Of a DNA stretch of 38,663 bases, positions 1 to 9,623 are shown piece by piece. The translations under genes were made by a program, and so were the position numbers. The DNA comes from an uncultured Acidimicrobiales bacterium (lineage in GTDB: Bacteria > Actinomycetota > Acidimicrobiia > Acidimicrobiales > SZUA-35): positions 1 through 38,663 of the forward strand of contig CALHBU010000113.1 in NCBI GenBank assembly GCA_937930655.1, read 5' to 3'. Position 1 is the first letter of the stretch; every line of letters begins with the position of its first letter. The notes beneath the pieces are model-generated. The model made no database searches and was not told where the DNA came from. It saw nothing but the letters and a program-made list of their open reading frames with translations.

Positions 1-1372
1 GATGCAGCCTGGCCACCTTCTCGTCGAGGAACTTGGGCAGGGTGGTGAGACTGATGCCGTAGGCCTCGGCGTTCTTGTGAAGCTCGATCTGGGCCAACAC
101 CTGGTTGGTGAAGCTGGCCGACATGACGAAGCTCGGATGACCGGTGGCGTTGCCCAGGTTGAGCAGGCGACCTTCGCTGAGAATGAGGATGGACTTGCCA
201 TCCGGCCAACGGAACTCGTCGACCTGGGGCTTGATGTTGATGCGTTGGATGTCGCTGCTGCGATAGAGGCCAGCCATATCGATCTCGTTGTCGAAGTGAC
301 CGATGTTGCCGACGATGGCGCCCTGCTTCATCTTGCCCATCATCTCGGCCGAGATCAGATCTTTGTTGCCGGTGCTGGTGATGAAGATGTCGACGGTGTC
401 GAGCACCCGCTCGATGGTGGTGACCTCATAGCCGTCCATTGCGGCCTGCAGCGCACAGATGGGGTCGACTTCGCTGATGAGGACTCGGGCGCCCTGACCA
501 CGGAGAGCCTCGGCGCTGCCCTTGCCAACATCGCCATAGCCCAAGACCATGGCTGTCTTGCCACCGATCATGACGTCGGTGCCCCGGTTGATGCCGTCGA
601 GCAGCGAGTGACGGGTGCCGTACTTGTTGTCGAACTTCGACTTGGTGACCGAATCGTTGACGTTGATGCCAGGGAACTTGAGGATGCCGTCGTCGAGCAT
701 CTCCTGAAGGCGATGAACACCGGTAGTGGTTTCTTCCGACACGCCGCGGATGTTGGCGGCCATGCGGGTCATCATGGTGTTGTCTTCGGCCTGCAGCTTG
801 CGCAGCAGTTCGAGGATGACGCCGTACTCCTCGGGGTCGTTGTCTTCGTCGAAGTCAGGGACCGAACCGGCCGCCTCGAACTCGGCTCCCTTGTGCACCA
901 GCAGGGTGGCATCGCCACCGTCGTCGAGAATCAGGTTGCAGAACTGCTCGTCGTCTGGCCACTTGAGCGCCTGCTCGGTGCACCACCAGTACTCGTCGAG
1001 GGTCTCGCCTTTCCAGGCGTAGACCGGCACACCGGTGGGGTGGTCGGTGGTTCCTTCGGGTCCGACAACCACAGCGGCCGCCGCTTCGTCCTGGGTACTG
1101 AAGATGTTGCAGCTCACCCAGCGAACGTCAGCACCGAGAGCAGTGAGCGTCTCGATGAGCACCGCAGTCTGGATGGTCATATGGAGACTGCCCATGATGC
1201 GGGCGCCGGCGAGTGGCTGCTCGTCGAAGTACTCGGCCCGCAGCGACATGAGACCAGGCATCTCATGTTCGGCCAGCTCGATCTGTTTGCGACCCATGCC
1301 GGCAAGATCGATGTCTGCGACCTTGTAGTCGCCTTCTGCCACCGTGCGCGGCCGTGATTCTGTAGCGGTCAT
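1..1372 (-). CDS. ahcY: Adenosylhomocysteinase (S-adenosyl-L-homocysteine hydrolase); C-terminal end lies beyond the left window edge
   Basis: Absent from the supplied ORF track because it runs off the edge. Reverse-complement translation from the ATG at 1372-1370 reads [48 protein letters not shown]...[25 protein letters not shown]...[13 protein letters not shown]...[20 protein letters not shown]...[15 protein letters not shown]...[16 protein letters not shown]...[13 protein letters not shown]. This is collinear with AhcY hallmarks, including the NAD-binding GYGDVGKG. An AAGGGA Shine-Dalgarno-like element lies just upstream. Confidence 0.93.
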   Translation of the reverse strand, partial: MTATESRPRTVAEGDYKVADIDLAGMGRKQIELAEHEMPGLMSLRAEYFDEQPLAGARIMGSLHMTIQTAVLIETLTALGADVRWVSCNIFSTQDEAAAAVVVGPEGTTDHPTGVPVYAWKGETLDEYWWCTEQALKWPDDEQFCNLILDDGGDATLLVHKGAEFEAAGSVPDFDEDNDPEEYGVILELLRKLQAEDNTMMTRMAANIRGVSEETTTGVHRLQEMLDDGILKFPGINVNDSVTKSKFDNKYGTRHSLLDGINRGTDVMIGGKTAMVLGYGDVGKGSAEALRGQGARVLISEVDPICALQAAMDGYEVTTIERVLDTVDIFITSTGNKDLISAEMMGKMKQGAIVGNIGHFDNEIDMAGLYRSSDIQRINIKPQVDEFRWPDGKSILILSEGRLLNLGNATGHPSFVMSASFTNQVLAQIELHKNAEAYGISLTTLPKFLDEKVARLH

Positions 1373-1459
1373 GTCATCCCTTAGATAGTGAGAGTGTGGG
1401 GGGATTGCTTGGGAGGCTGGGGCCCGCTGGCCAGATCAAGGCAGCCCGACTGGCCAAGT

Positions 1460-2485
1460 CTAGCCAACCCAAGTCTTGAGTCCGTCGACCTCTGGTAGTG
1501 GGCCTGGATCGACACCCCGGTCGTTGGCTGCGGCCAGCGACACCTGATCGCCGAGATAGATCAGATCGAGCAGCTGGGCGACCGGCCCGGCTGGCCGAGC
1601 ATCGACTTGTACGACATCGTGCATGGCGGGCTCGGTGACCTGACGCACAAAGTCGAAGCGGCGGGACGTCTGCGGATGCTCGGCCTCGTGCCGGAGATGG
1701 ATCTGGGTGAAGAGCTCGTTTGTCGACTCGAGGTCGCCGCCCCAACCAACCAATTCGTTGTGGCAGAGCTCGGGCATCGGTGCCCAGAAAGCCGGGGCCT
1801 TGGCGTTGTGGTTGTAGGCCACCTTCCAGCGTTTGGCCGCGGTGGTACCGGTGGCTCCACCGCCGTAGATCACGGGAATGGTGCTGCCGATCCGGTCGGC
1901 GATAGCCCGGGCCGGGTTGTCGGGACCCATGAGTTCTTCTCGACGAGCCGAGAGCTCGACTACCGCTTCGCTGAGCCATGACCGAGCACCGGGGAAAAAG
2001 CCGAGTTGTTCCAGAGCCAACATGGGCGGCACGGCCAGCGAACCAAGGGCGGCACGAGGCATGGCAGCGTCGGAAACGACGGGAAGCACAGGCGCATTGG
2101 CTTGACGAGCCAGCGACTCGAGTTCGCCACCACTGGTGACCGCCACCAACGATGCCCCTGATTCAACTGCTGCCTCAAGGGATTCGAGGGTCTCCTCGGT
2201 TGTTCCGGACTGGGAAATGGCAATGACGAGCGTGCTTCGGCCAACCCACGACGGCGGGAGGTAACCGCCGTACACAACGATGGGCATGGAGGAGAACGGG
2301 CGAGCGCTGGCCGCCGCTACGTCGCCACCAAAGCCGCTATCTCCCATGCCGAGGATGAGTACGTGTTCGATAGCTGACGGTTCTGGCAAGCCCGCTATCT
2401 CGCCAATCGCCGCCATTGACGACTCGATTTGTTCCGGCAGCCCGAGCAAACTCTCGGCGATACCGAGACTGTCCAGGTCGGTCAT
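1460..2485 (-). CDS. SIS-domain sugar isomerase, bifunctional phosphoglucose/phosphomannose isomerase-like
   Basis: 341-aa ORF with SIS-type motifs (LILGMGDSGFGG, VIAISQSGTTEET). It sits in the conserved actinobacterial position next to manA/pmm. Its ATG overlaps the Trm112-like stop as ATGA (2482-2485). Confidence 0.8.
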   Translation of the reverse strand: MTDLDSLGIAESLLGLPEQIESSMAAIGEIAGLPEPSAIEHVLILGMGDSGFGGDVAAASARPFSSMPIVVYGGYLPPSWVGRSTLVIAISQSGTTEETLESLEAAVESGASLVAVTSGGELESLARQANAPVLPVVSDAAMPRAALGSLAVPPMLALEQLGFFPGARSWLSEAVVELSARREELMGPDNPARAIADRIGSTIPVIYGGGATGTTAAKRWKVAYNHNAKAPAFWAPMPELCHNELVGWGGDLESTNELFTQIHLRHEAEHPQTSRRFDFVRQVTEPAMHDVVQVDARPAGPVAQLLDLIYLGDQVSLAAANDRGVDPGPLPEVDGLKTWVG

Positions 2486-2718
2486 GCCGAGAATGTCGGC
2501 TTGATGGACTGGGCCTCGATCTTGGTGGCGAGCCGCTGGGTTTCGTTTTCGTCGAGTGACTCGGCTTCGTCGATCAGCATGACCGGGATGTCGTCCTCGA
2601 TCCGATAGCGCCGCTTCAGCCGAGGATTAAACAGTGCCTGCTCATCCTCAAGGTAGAAGAGCGGTCCCTTGTCTTCCGGACAAGCCAGAATGTCGAGTAG
2701 CTGTTGATCAAGCGCCAT
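2482..2718 (-). CDS. Trm112-family small protein (UPF0434-like)
   Basis: 78 aa. LLDILACPEDKGPL ... YRIEDDIPVMLIDEA is the typical Trm112/YcaR signature. It is coupled to the downstream SIS gene. Confidence 0.75.
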   Translation of the reverse strand: MALDQQLLDILACPEDKGPLFYLEDEQALFNPRLKRRYRIEDDIPVMLIDEAESLDENETQRLATKIEAQSIKPTFSA

Positions 2719-2727
2719 ACCGGAAGG

Positions 2728-3933
2728 CTACAGCTGTGCCGATCCCGACACCTGGCCAGGAGTCACGCTAGCTATCCAGGCCAGTCCGTTGTCGCCTCGA
2801 ACGGCCAGAGGTTCGTCGTTGGCGGCGACGAACAGCGGCTGACCTTTGTCGACAACCCCGATGTCTGGCACGTCGATCTGACCCTCGGTCAACATGACGA
2901 TGGCCGGGCCGGTGATCAACCCTCTTCCCCCAGCGGACAGGTCGATTCTGGTGAGCGAGAATTCTGAAACCGGACTGTCGAACGTGTGAACCGAACCGGC
3001 TGGCCGCTGGATCGGAACCCTGATGGGCGAGAAGTCCAGAACCGACAGCAACTCGCCAACGTCAATGTGTTTGGGAGTGAGTCCACCGCGAACCACGTTG
3101 TCGCTGTTGGCCATGAGTTCCATGCCGGAGCCCCGAAGATAGGCGTGGAGGTTGCCGGCGGGTAGGAAAAGAGCCTCGCCCGGCTGCAATTCCACGTGGT
3201 TGAGAAACAACGCAACGACCACGCCGATATCTGACCCGAACTCGGCGGCCAACCGGGAAGTCCAGCGAAGCTCCTCATCACCGTCGGACTCAGTGGTTCC
3301 CGCCGACGCCAGCAGATCGCCGGCCCCCGTCACCACCGCGTCGACGAGAGGAGCTGATGCCACTGGCCCGAGGGCCAGCAGATAGGAGATCGCAGCCCTG
3401 ATGCGTTCTGCGTCAGAACCGCCGTCGGCCAGCAAATCCAGAAGTGGATCGAGTTCGGGCCTCTGTAATCGGGTCAGCACCGCCGCAGTGTCGGCGGCCG
3501 GCCGAAATCCGCACTTGGCCTCAAAGGTCGTGAGAGCGCAGATGAGTTCCGGCTTGTGGTTGTTGTCCCGGTAGGTGCGGTTGGGCGCGTCGAGCGGGAT
3601 GCCAGCATCGTTCTCTCTGGCATAACCCAGTAGAGCCTGTTCAAGCGAGGGATGAGCTTGGATAGAAAGCGGCACGTTGGCGGCCAGCACCTTGAAGAGC
3701 AGCGGCAGCCCGTCGAAACGGTCGGCTATGTCTGCCCCTAGCAACGCCGCAGGGTTAGCCGAGATCCAATGATCGAGGCCGACCCCATCCAGTTGGCTTG
3801 GGGCCGATGGGTGGGCACCCATCCACAGCTCGGCCCGGGGCTCGCCAGTCGACGGTCGGCCGAGCAACTCGGGAATGAAGGTTGGGTGGCCCCACGCGTA
3901 ATCCCGAACGACGCACTGCAGGCGGGCGACCAT
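2728..3933 (-). CDS. manA: Mannose-6-phosphate isomerase, class I
   Basis: 401 aa. YAWGHPTFIPELLG, ELWMGAHPSAPS, LSIQAHP and NLHAYLRG motifs are characteristic of type I PMI. Confidence 0.9.
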   Translation of the reverse strand: MVARLQCVVRDYAWGHPTFIPELLGRPSTGEPRAELWMGAHPSAPSQLDGVGLDHWISANPAALLGADIADRFDGLPLLFKVLAANVPLSIQAHPSLEQALLGYARENDAGIPLDAPNRTYRDNNHKPELICALTTFEAKCGFRPAADTAAVLTRLQRPELDPLLDLLADGGSDAERIRAAISYLLALGPVASAPLVDAVVTGAGDLLASAGTTESDGDEELRWTSRLAAEFGSDIGVVVALFLNHVELQPGEALFLPAGNLHAYLRGSGMELMANSDNVVRGGLTPKHIDVGELLSVLDFSPIRVPIQRPAGSVHTFDSPVSEFSLTRIDLSAGGRGLITGPAIVMLTEGQIDVPDIGVVDKGQPLFVAANDEPLAVRGDNGLAWIASVTPGQVSGSAQL

Positions 3934-3946
3934 GGCTGTGCCGCCT

Positions 3947-5314
3947 TTACCCGGCCGCTGCCATCACCGCTTGGACCTCGGCCACCCGAGCATCAACGGC
4001 AGCCTGATCGGCAGCCTCAAGATTCAGGCGGAGCAACGGTTCGGTGTTGGAGGCCCGAAGATTGAACCACCACGCCCCGAGGTCGACGGTCAGACCGTCG
4101 AGGGTGTCGGTGTCGACCGTGTCGGGCTGGCTCCCGTAGTGCTCGGCCACGTGAGCGATGACCACCTGAGCGTCTGACACCCGGGTGTTGATCTCGCCCG
4201 ACGCTTCGTAGCGCTTGAGAGGCTCGAGCAGTTCGGAGAGCGTCTTGCCCGAACGGCTGAGGACCTCGAGCACCATCATGGAAGCGATGAGGCCGGAGTC
4301 GGCCCGCCAGTTGTCACGGAAGTAATAGTGGGCCGAGTGTTCACCGCCGAAGACGGCGTTCTGTTCGGCCATGGTCTGCTTGATGAACGAATGACCCACC
4401 CGGGAACGGATGGGGACGCCACCGTTTTCTTCGATCACCTCGCGGACGGTCTTGCTGCAGATCAGGTTGTAGATCACTCCGGCCCCGGGATTGTCCTTGA
4501 GGATGGTGTCGGCCAGCAGTGCAGTGGTGAGGGAGCCAGAGACCGGCTCTGCCTTCTCGTCGACCAGAAAGACCCGGTCGGCATCGCCATCGAAGGCCAA
4601 CCCGATATCGGCACCGGTCTCCAGCACTTTGGCTTGGAGGTCGACCAGGTTCTCGATCTGAATGGGGTCGGCCGGATGGTTGGGGAAGGTGCCATCGAGT
4701 TCAGGAAACAGCATCTCGAGATCAAATGGGAGACCTTCGAAGGCGGCTGGAACAACCAACCCGCCCATGCCGTTGGCGGTATCGGCCACCACCTTGAGAG
4801 AGCGGAGACCATCGGTGTTGATGAACGATCGAACGTGATCGGAGAACGCAGCCAGCATGTCGTCATGGCGGCGGGTGCCTGCTGTTTCGGCCGCCACCGC
4901 TCCGGCAACGGCAACTCGCTTGATGTCGGCCAAGCCCGAGTCTTCGCCGATGGGCGTGGCGCCCGAGAGGCACGTTTTGATTCCGTTGTAACCGGCCGGA
5001 TTGTGGGACGCGGTGAACATGACACCCGGCAATCCGAGCGATCCGGAAGCGAAGTAGATCAGGTCGGTGCTTGCCATGCCGATGTCGAGCACGTTGAGAC
5101 CCTGACGCTGCACGCCGTCGGCGAATGCGCCTACCAGTTCCGGTCCCGACGGCCGCATGTCGCGAGCGATCACGATCTCGGTGGTGTCTGGCTCGGTTGC
5201 CTTGACAAACTCGGCATAGCCGACGCCTAGGGCATGGCAGGTGTCGGCGTCGATCTGGTCGGGGTAGGTCCCCCGGATGTCGTAGGCCTTGACGATGAGA
5301 TCGAGGTCTTTCAC
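3947..5314 (-). CDS. manB: Phosphomannomutase/phosphoglucomutase
   Basis: 455 aa. It has the active-site loop TASHNPAGYNGIK, the metal loop FDGDADR, and YDIRG near the N-terminus. Its ATG overlaps the stop of the upstream GT2 gene (ATGA at 5311-5314). Confidence 0.92.
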   Translation of the reverse strand: MKDLDLIVKAYDIRGTYPDQIDADTCHALGVGYAEFVKATEPDTTEIVIARDMRPSGPELVGAFADGVQRQGLNVLDIGMASTDLIYFASGSLGLPGVMFTASHNPAGYNGIKTCLSGATPIGEDSGLADIKRVAVAGAVAAETAGTRRHDDMLAAFSDHVRSFINTDGLRSLKVVADTANGMGGLVVPAAFEGLPFDLEMLFPELDGTFPNHPADPIQIENLVDLQAKVLETGADIGLAFDGDADRVFLVDEKAEPVSGSLTTALLADTILKDNPGAGVIYNLICSKTVREVIEENGGVPIRSRVGHSFIKQTMAEQNAVFGGEHSAHYYFRDNWRADSGLIASMMVLEVLSRSGKTLSELLEPLKRYEASGEINTRVSDAQVVIAHVAEHYGSQPDTVDTDTLDGLTVDLGAWWFNLRASNTEPLLRLNLEAADQAAVDARVAEVQAVMAAAG

Positions 5315-6522
5315 TGATGCTCTCCTGGGTTCACGTGGGTCTCCCCATCACTATCGACCAGCGTGCCATCAAGAATGAGTGACTGGTGGTAACTCGGACG
5401 GTAACCACCGTTCCCCGCCCGGCGCCGGATCCGAATAAGGTCCCGGAGGAAGCGGATGGTGTCGGCCACTAACTGAACTGATGAGTCGCTGCGGTTCTCG
5501 ACCGATACCGGCACTTCTAGGAGCGACAGTCGGTCCTGTTCAGCCATGAGAAACAGTTCGACATCGAACGCGAACCCGTTGATGACCGTTCGTTCGAACA
5601 TTGTCCGCCCGACATCACCGCGGAAGCCTTTGATGCCGCACTGGGTGTCGTGAAAATGGCCGAGAAGGACAAGGTGGGTAAGCCAGTTGACGGCTCGACC
5701 ACCCAGCTCCCGCAGGCGACGAGCTCGCACCAGCGTCGTTGTTTCGTCGTGGCGTCGGCTCCCAGCCACGAAGTCCCAGCCGTTCTCCAACTCCTCGAGC
5801 ATGGCAACCACCATCGCCGGCGGGTAGGCCAGGTCGGCATCGGTGAACACGACCGACCGCCCCTTGGCGTCGATCACACCGGTTCGTAAAGCCGCCCCTT
5901 TGCCCTGGTTTCGGTCCTGGCGCAACACCCGGGCTCCGGCGTGCTGTGCGGTTGCTGCTGTGTTGTCGGATGAGCCATCGTCGACCACAAGCACCTCGAA
6001 ATCGCTCGGGTCCATGACCTGACCGAGTGTCGACGCGAGCCGTTCGACCGTGGTCGCAATACTCGCCGACTCGTTATACGCGGGGACCACAACCGAAAGC
6101 CGCAGGTCACCTGGGGCCGGCGTGCGATCGCGCCGAACCGAGAGTTCCCGACGCACCGTGTTGAACAGCACCCAGCGATAGGCGGTCCAACGCAGCGCGG
6201 CGGCCGCCCCGATGGCCAATACCTTGGCCAAGAGGACCCCAACGCCAACAACGTTCAGCACCAGCAGGCTCGCCACATCGACCAGTCCGGCAAACGTGGC
6301 AGTGGCGGCAAACGCGAACGGTGACCGGACCCAACGGGCATCGGGCGAGCCCCGGAACGTGATGAAACGGTTGAGGAGGTAGGCAACGACCGCGGCAACG
6401 GAAAGAGCCACCACGTCTGCTGAAAGCAACGCCCAACGGTCGCTCAGGACCAGCAACAAACCGAGGTCGACGCCAGTGGCGACCAACCCGAGCAGGGCGA
6501 AGAGTCGAAGCCGACTCCTCAT
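5311..6522 (-). CDS. GtrA-like membrane domain fused to a family-2 glycosyltransferase (polyprenyl-phosphate sugar synthase-like)
   Basis: 403 aa. The N-terminal ~125 aa form four hydrophobic helices with LNRFITFRG (GtrA-like). A GT2 core follows: VVVPAYNE, VLVVDDGSSDNT, RNQGKGAAL, FTDADL. The start shares one base with the stop of the upstream ORF (TGATG at 6520-6524). Confidence 0.8.
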   Translation of the reverse strand: MRSRLRLFALLGLVATGVDLGLLLVLSDRWALLSADVVALSVAAVVAYLLNRFITFRGSPDARWVRSPFAFAATATFAGLVDVASLLVLNVVGVGVLLAKVLAIGAAAALRWTAYRWVLFNTVRRELSVRRDRTPAPGDLRLSVVVPAYNESASIATTVERLASTLGQVMDPSDFEVLVVDDGSSDNTAATAQHAGARVLRQDRNQGKGAALRTGVIDAKGRSVVFTDADLAYPPAMVVAMLEELENGWDFVAGSRRHDETTTLVRARRLRELGGRAVNWLTHLVLLGHFHDTQCGIKGFRGDVGRTMFERTVINGFAFDVELFLMAEQDRLSLLEVPVSVENRSDSSVQLVADTIRFLRDLIRIRRRAGNGGYRPSYHQSLILDGTLVDSDGETHVNPGEHQ

Positions 6523-9317
6523 CAGGTCAGATGGTCGTTCGGTGCGTCAGCCGGCCCGTCACGAGCAATCTCGGTCGGAGGCTCGGGCCCGTCCACAGGC
6601 GGCGGATGCTGCGACGGCTGAGGCTCGGCTTCAGTCGTGGCAAAGCGACGACCAGACAGACGACCAAACGAGAGCATGACCAACGCGGCAAGCCCAGCCA
6701 GCGTGAGCAGGTAGCCTAGGTAATCGGGGCCGGTGTAGCCGTACGACAGTTTGACCTGCTCTGACGTAGGCACGACCACCATCATGTTGGGCCCGATCCG
6801 CCACGGGCCATCGGCGCCGTCGGCCTGCCAATTGGGGAAGTACGAGGTCTTCACCATGACTGGCTTGCCAACCTGGTCGACGTCGAAACTGATGGTGTTG
6901 GTGCCCTGATCAATGTTGCTGACCACGGCCGGTTCGATGGTGCGACCATCGGAGGGCAACAGGGTGGTGATGCGTTGCCACTCAGCCGGACCATCCTCGG
7001 CGGGAAGCGCCTGATAGATGTTCGGATCGTTGTAGGCGAGGACGGCCTGGCTGACCCAACCGAGGTCGAACCTGGTGGCCAAATCGCCAGCATCATCTTC
7101 GGTCAGACCCTCGGCCACAACCGGTTCGGTGTCGAGACCGACCACTGTCTCCGACCCAGTGACCTCGAAGACAACCCACGGTTGAGATTCAAGTACCTCG
7201 GTGAGGTCGGGATGGTCTTTGGCACCGGCAATTGCGGTGTCGGATTGGGCCATGTAGTAGCGAACACCCATGACCTGCAGCTGGGCCACGCCGGTGTCGA
7301 GGTCAAAACCGCGGTAGGGCAAATCGCGCTGGGCTCTCGAAGGCGATTCCGACAGAGTGCTCTGGTGCAGAAAATGGAACGGTGTGGTGGCCGACGACTC
7401 GAAGTACAAACCTTCCATCGAGCCAATGCAGCCATCGGTCCAGTGAGGCAGAAGCATGAGGGCCATGGGCGTGCCGTACCGGTCGAGGCCCTTGTCGTAC
7501 TCCCACATGGCGCGGCCGCAGCCATTGGTTTGGCCGAGATCGTCCATGGCGGTGACTATCTCGCTGTACTCCCGATACGAGCGTTTGTCCTCGTACCCCG
7601 AGTAGTTCCAGGCAATCCAACTCGGCACGAAGCTGGCCTCGTTCGACTCGAGCCCCAACCATCGGTACACCCCATCGTCTTGAACACCGCCGAACGGGAG
7701 TATCCGAAGCGGCAACGCCACTGCGACGATGGCAACCAGCAGAGCGCCAACCGGTGCGCCGAGCATGACCCGCCGGTCGGGAGCGTCATAACGCTCCGAT
7801 ACCGCCACCGCGGCAAACCGGACGACCAGCGCAATGGCCACGGCCGACAGAAAATACACTGAGAGGTAGTAGAAGGGCAGCAACCGGGCGTTCCAGAGTT
7901 TCCCGGCCGGCAGATTGGCGACCCCGGAAGCCGAGGTGACAGCCAGGATGGTGAAGAGCATGCCCATGCGGTCTCGGATGGCGAAGGCCAGGACGGCGCC
8001 GATGGCGGCTATCGGCAGCAGGACCCGCATTGGAGTGGTCAGGAGCGCCGGTTGGATCTCGACCAATCGTTCCCAGCCCATGTCATTGAAGTAGGGCTCG
8101 CGGAGATAGAACGGGACGAGCCAGAACGCACTGAGCAGTGCGGCCACCGGCCCGACGATGGCCAGCCAGACGAAGCGTCTCCGGACCTCTGTGTCGGCCA
8201 GAGCGATCGAGCCGAACACAACCAGGAACGAGACAACGGCCGCTACCGCCGACACGGTGTTGGAACCTTCACCGGCACCAACCGGAATGAGGGCCAGGGT
8301 GACCCCGACCGCCATGAGCCACGATCGCGGAGTCTCGGCTTGCATCAGGACGAGCACGATCAACGCGGTCACCATGAAGAACAACGGGATGACGTGGCAG
8401 AGAGCCACCAGTGCGATCACGACGGCACTGGAGGCCCGGGAACCACCGGTGTCCATCGACCGAACAACCAGGCCGATAGCCAGCAGCGACAACGAGAGGC
8501 TCAAAGAGAAGGCGAACTCGCCGGCCAGGGTGGATGCGATGTTGCCGCCGTAGATGGTGAAGTTGGTGTCGAAGAGAAAGATGACCGAACCGAGTGACAA
8601 CAGGGCAGGCACCGGCTCGAGACAGCCGGCCAGACGACCCATTCCCCATGCCATGAGGGGAAATGAAACGAGACCGGCCACCGACACCAGCTTGAAGGCA
8701 ATGCCGTAGGGCATACCGATGAGCAGCACCGTCATGATGCCAGCTGCGATCCAGATCAGCGCTCGCTTGTCGGCGTGGGTCCGGACTACCCGGGAGGCAG
8801 CAAACAAGAGTCCGGCGGCCACCGGAATCCCGAGGTAGAAGGGCAGGCCGTTGTTCATGGCAATGATCGCCAGCGCCGGTACGACCATGTAGAAGTGATA
8901 GGCGGGAAAGCCGGCGTACCAGTCCGGGGTCCACCCCGTTAGTCGGCCTTCAGGCAGCAGATGGTCCCGCATGTAGGCCGGACCCCAGACATGGGCGCCC
9001 ATATCGCCGCCCGACGGGGTGTTGTCAGACAAAAGCAGATCCGGCCGGAGCTGCAGCAAAACAAAAACGGCGGAGATGATGGCGATGCCAAGACTCAGCG
9101 CAGTGCTGGAAAAGGAACGAACAGGCCAAAGTTCGGCGGGCAACCGATCGGCCAACGTTTGAGCCGTGGTCGTTTCCGACTGGCCACTCTCGGGCATCGG
9201 CTCGATGGGCGCGCCGACCTGCTCGACCCTTCCGGCCAAGTCTTCGTCAGTGGAGAAGTCGTCGGTCGCCTCGGAAACGGGGCTCGTCATAGCGTGAACA
9301 TGGTGGCACCGACGCAA
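6522..9317 (-). CDS. Large polytopic membrane protein, GT-C-like (PTPS-related / YfhO-like family candidate) with a soluble C-terminal domain
   Basis: 931-aa ORF from TTG 9317. An in-frame ATG at 9290 (MTSPVSE...) is an equally plausible start. It has many hydrophobic helices over roughly residues 70-560. An early loop carries GGDMGAHVW...WTPDWYAGFPAYHFY. After that comes a ~350-aa non-hydrophobic domain and a terminal TM helix. The family call is from memory of COG5617/PF10131-type proteins and was not searched. Confidence 0.7.
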   Translation of the reverse strand: MRRCHHVHAMTSPVSEATDDFSTDEDLAGRVEQVGAPIEPMPESGQSETTTAQTLADRLPAELWPVRSFSSTALSLGIAIISAVFVLLQLRPDLLLSDNTPSGGDMGAHVWGPAYMRDHLLPEGRLTGWTPDWYAGFPAYHFYMVVPALAIIAMNNGLPFYLGIPVAAGLLFAASRVVRTHADKRALIWIAAGIMTVLLIGMPYGIAFKLVSVAGLVSFPLMAWGMGRLAGCLEPVPALLSLGSVIFLFDTNFTIYGGNIASTLAGEFAFSLSLSLSLLAIGLVVRSMDTGGSRASSAVVIALVALCHVIPLFFMVTALIVLVLMQAETPRSWLMAVGVTLALIPVGAGEGSNTVSAVAAVVSFLVVFGSIALADTEVRRRFVWLAIVGPVAALLSAFWLVPFYLREPYFNDMGWERLVEIQPALLTTPMRVLLPIAAIGAVLAFAIRDRMGMLFTILAVTSASGVANLPAGKLWNARLLPFYYLSVYFLSAVAIALVVRFAAVAVSERYDAPDRRVMLGAPVGALLVAIVAVALPLRILPFGGVQDDGVYRWLGLESNEASFVPSWIAWNYSGYEDKRSYREYSEIVTAMDDLGQTNGCGRAMWEYDKGLDRYGTPMALMLLPHWTDGCIGSMEGLYFESSATTPFHFLHQSTLSESPSRAQRDLPYRGFDLDTGVAQLQVMGVRYYMAQSDTAIAGAKDHPDLTEVLESQPWVVFEVTGSETVVGLDTEPVVAEGLTEDDAGDLATRFDLGWVSQAVLAYNDPNIYQALPAEDGPAEWQRITTLLPSDGRTIEPAVVSNIDQGTNTISFDVDQVGKPVMVKTSYFPNWQADGADGPWRIGPNMMVVVPTSEQVKLSYGYTGPDYLGYLLTLAGLAALVMLSFGRLSGRRFATTEAEPQPSQHPPPVDGPEPPTEIARDGPADAPNDHLT

Positions 9318-9350
9318 GCCGAACCAGCGTCACCGGTCAGAAATCCCTGG

Positions 9351-9542
9351 CTAGCGACGACGACCGGAGTGTTCGCCGACCTGCTGGAGCACCAGACCAA
9401 GGTCGATCTGGGTGCCACCAAGATTCCATCGACGGGTGTCGCAGTTGTCGCACGACTCCATCTCCAGCGGTCGCCCATCGACCATGATCTCAATGGTGAC
9501 CACCTTGTGGTTGCAGGACTGACACTTCAGGTCTTCCGCCAT
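9351..9542 (-). CDS. Small four-cysteine zinc-ribbon-like protein, function unknown
   Basis: 63 aa from ATG 9542 (MAEDLKCQSCNHKVVTIEIMVDGRPLEMESCDNCDTRRW...). It has two CxxC pairs 22 residues apart. A GAGAGG Shine-Dalgarno lies 10 nt upstream. The track start at 9575 is a GTG inside a hairpin and lacks an SD. Confidence 0.5.
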   Translation of the reverse strand: MAEDLKCQSCNHKVVTIEIMVDGRPLEMESCDNCDTRRWNLGGTQIDLGLVLQQVGEHSGRRR

Positions 9543-9563
9543 CGTCTTTTCGCCTCTCGTTGA

Positions 9564-9582
9564 GGCCGAACTCACTTCGGCC
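9564..9582 (-). promoter_or_regulatory. GC-rich stem-loop in the leader of the Zn-ribbon/GT-C operon
   Basis: GGCCGAA-CTCAC-TTCGGCC has a perfect 7-bp stem. It ends about 22 nt upstream of ATG 9542 on the minus strand. Confidence 0.35.
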
Positions 9583-9623
9583 CACCGTGAGGTTCCAGTC
9601 GGCGCTTGGTTCGTCGCAGCGAT

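Noticed and set aside
2-1357. 451-aa plus-strand ORF at the left edge
   Set aside because: It is the antisense shadow of ahcY. The translation is low-complexity (GVDLA-rich) with no recognisable motifs, while the opposite strand encodes a complete AhcY pattern.
1373-1459. Possible SAH riboswitch upstream of ahcY
   Set aside because: The leader is only 87 nt. I could not find the conserved SAH-element pseudoknot/stem pattern, only an SD-like AAGGGA. A covariance-model scan (Rfam RF01057) would settle it.
4328-5230. Long antisense or alternative-frame ORFs (e.g. 4328-5230, 6975-7862, 8052-8597, 13427-14323, 15057-15854, 25736-26521, 26546-27106, 27745-28431, 29636-30292, 35032-35913, 35892-36662, 37180-37812)
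   Set aside because: These are typical GC-rich shadow ORFs. They are fully embedded opposite or out of frame to genes with clear family motifs. Their composition is Arg/Gly/Pro/Ser-heavy, with no recognisable domains.
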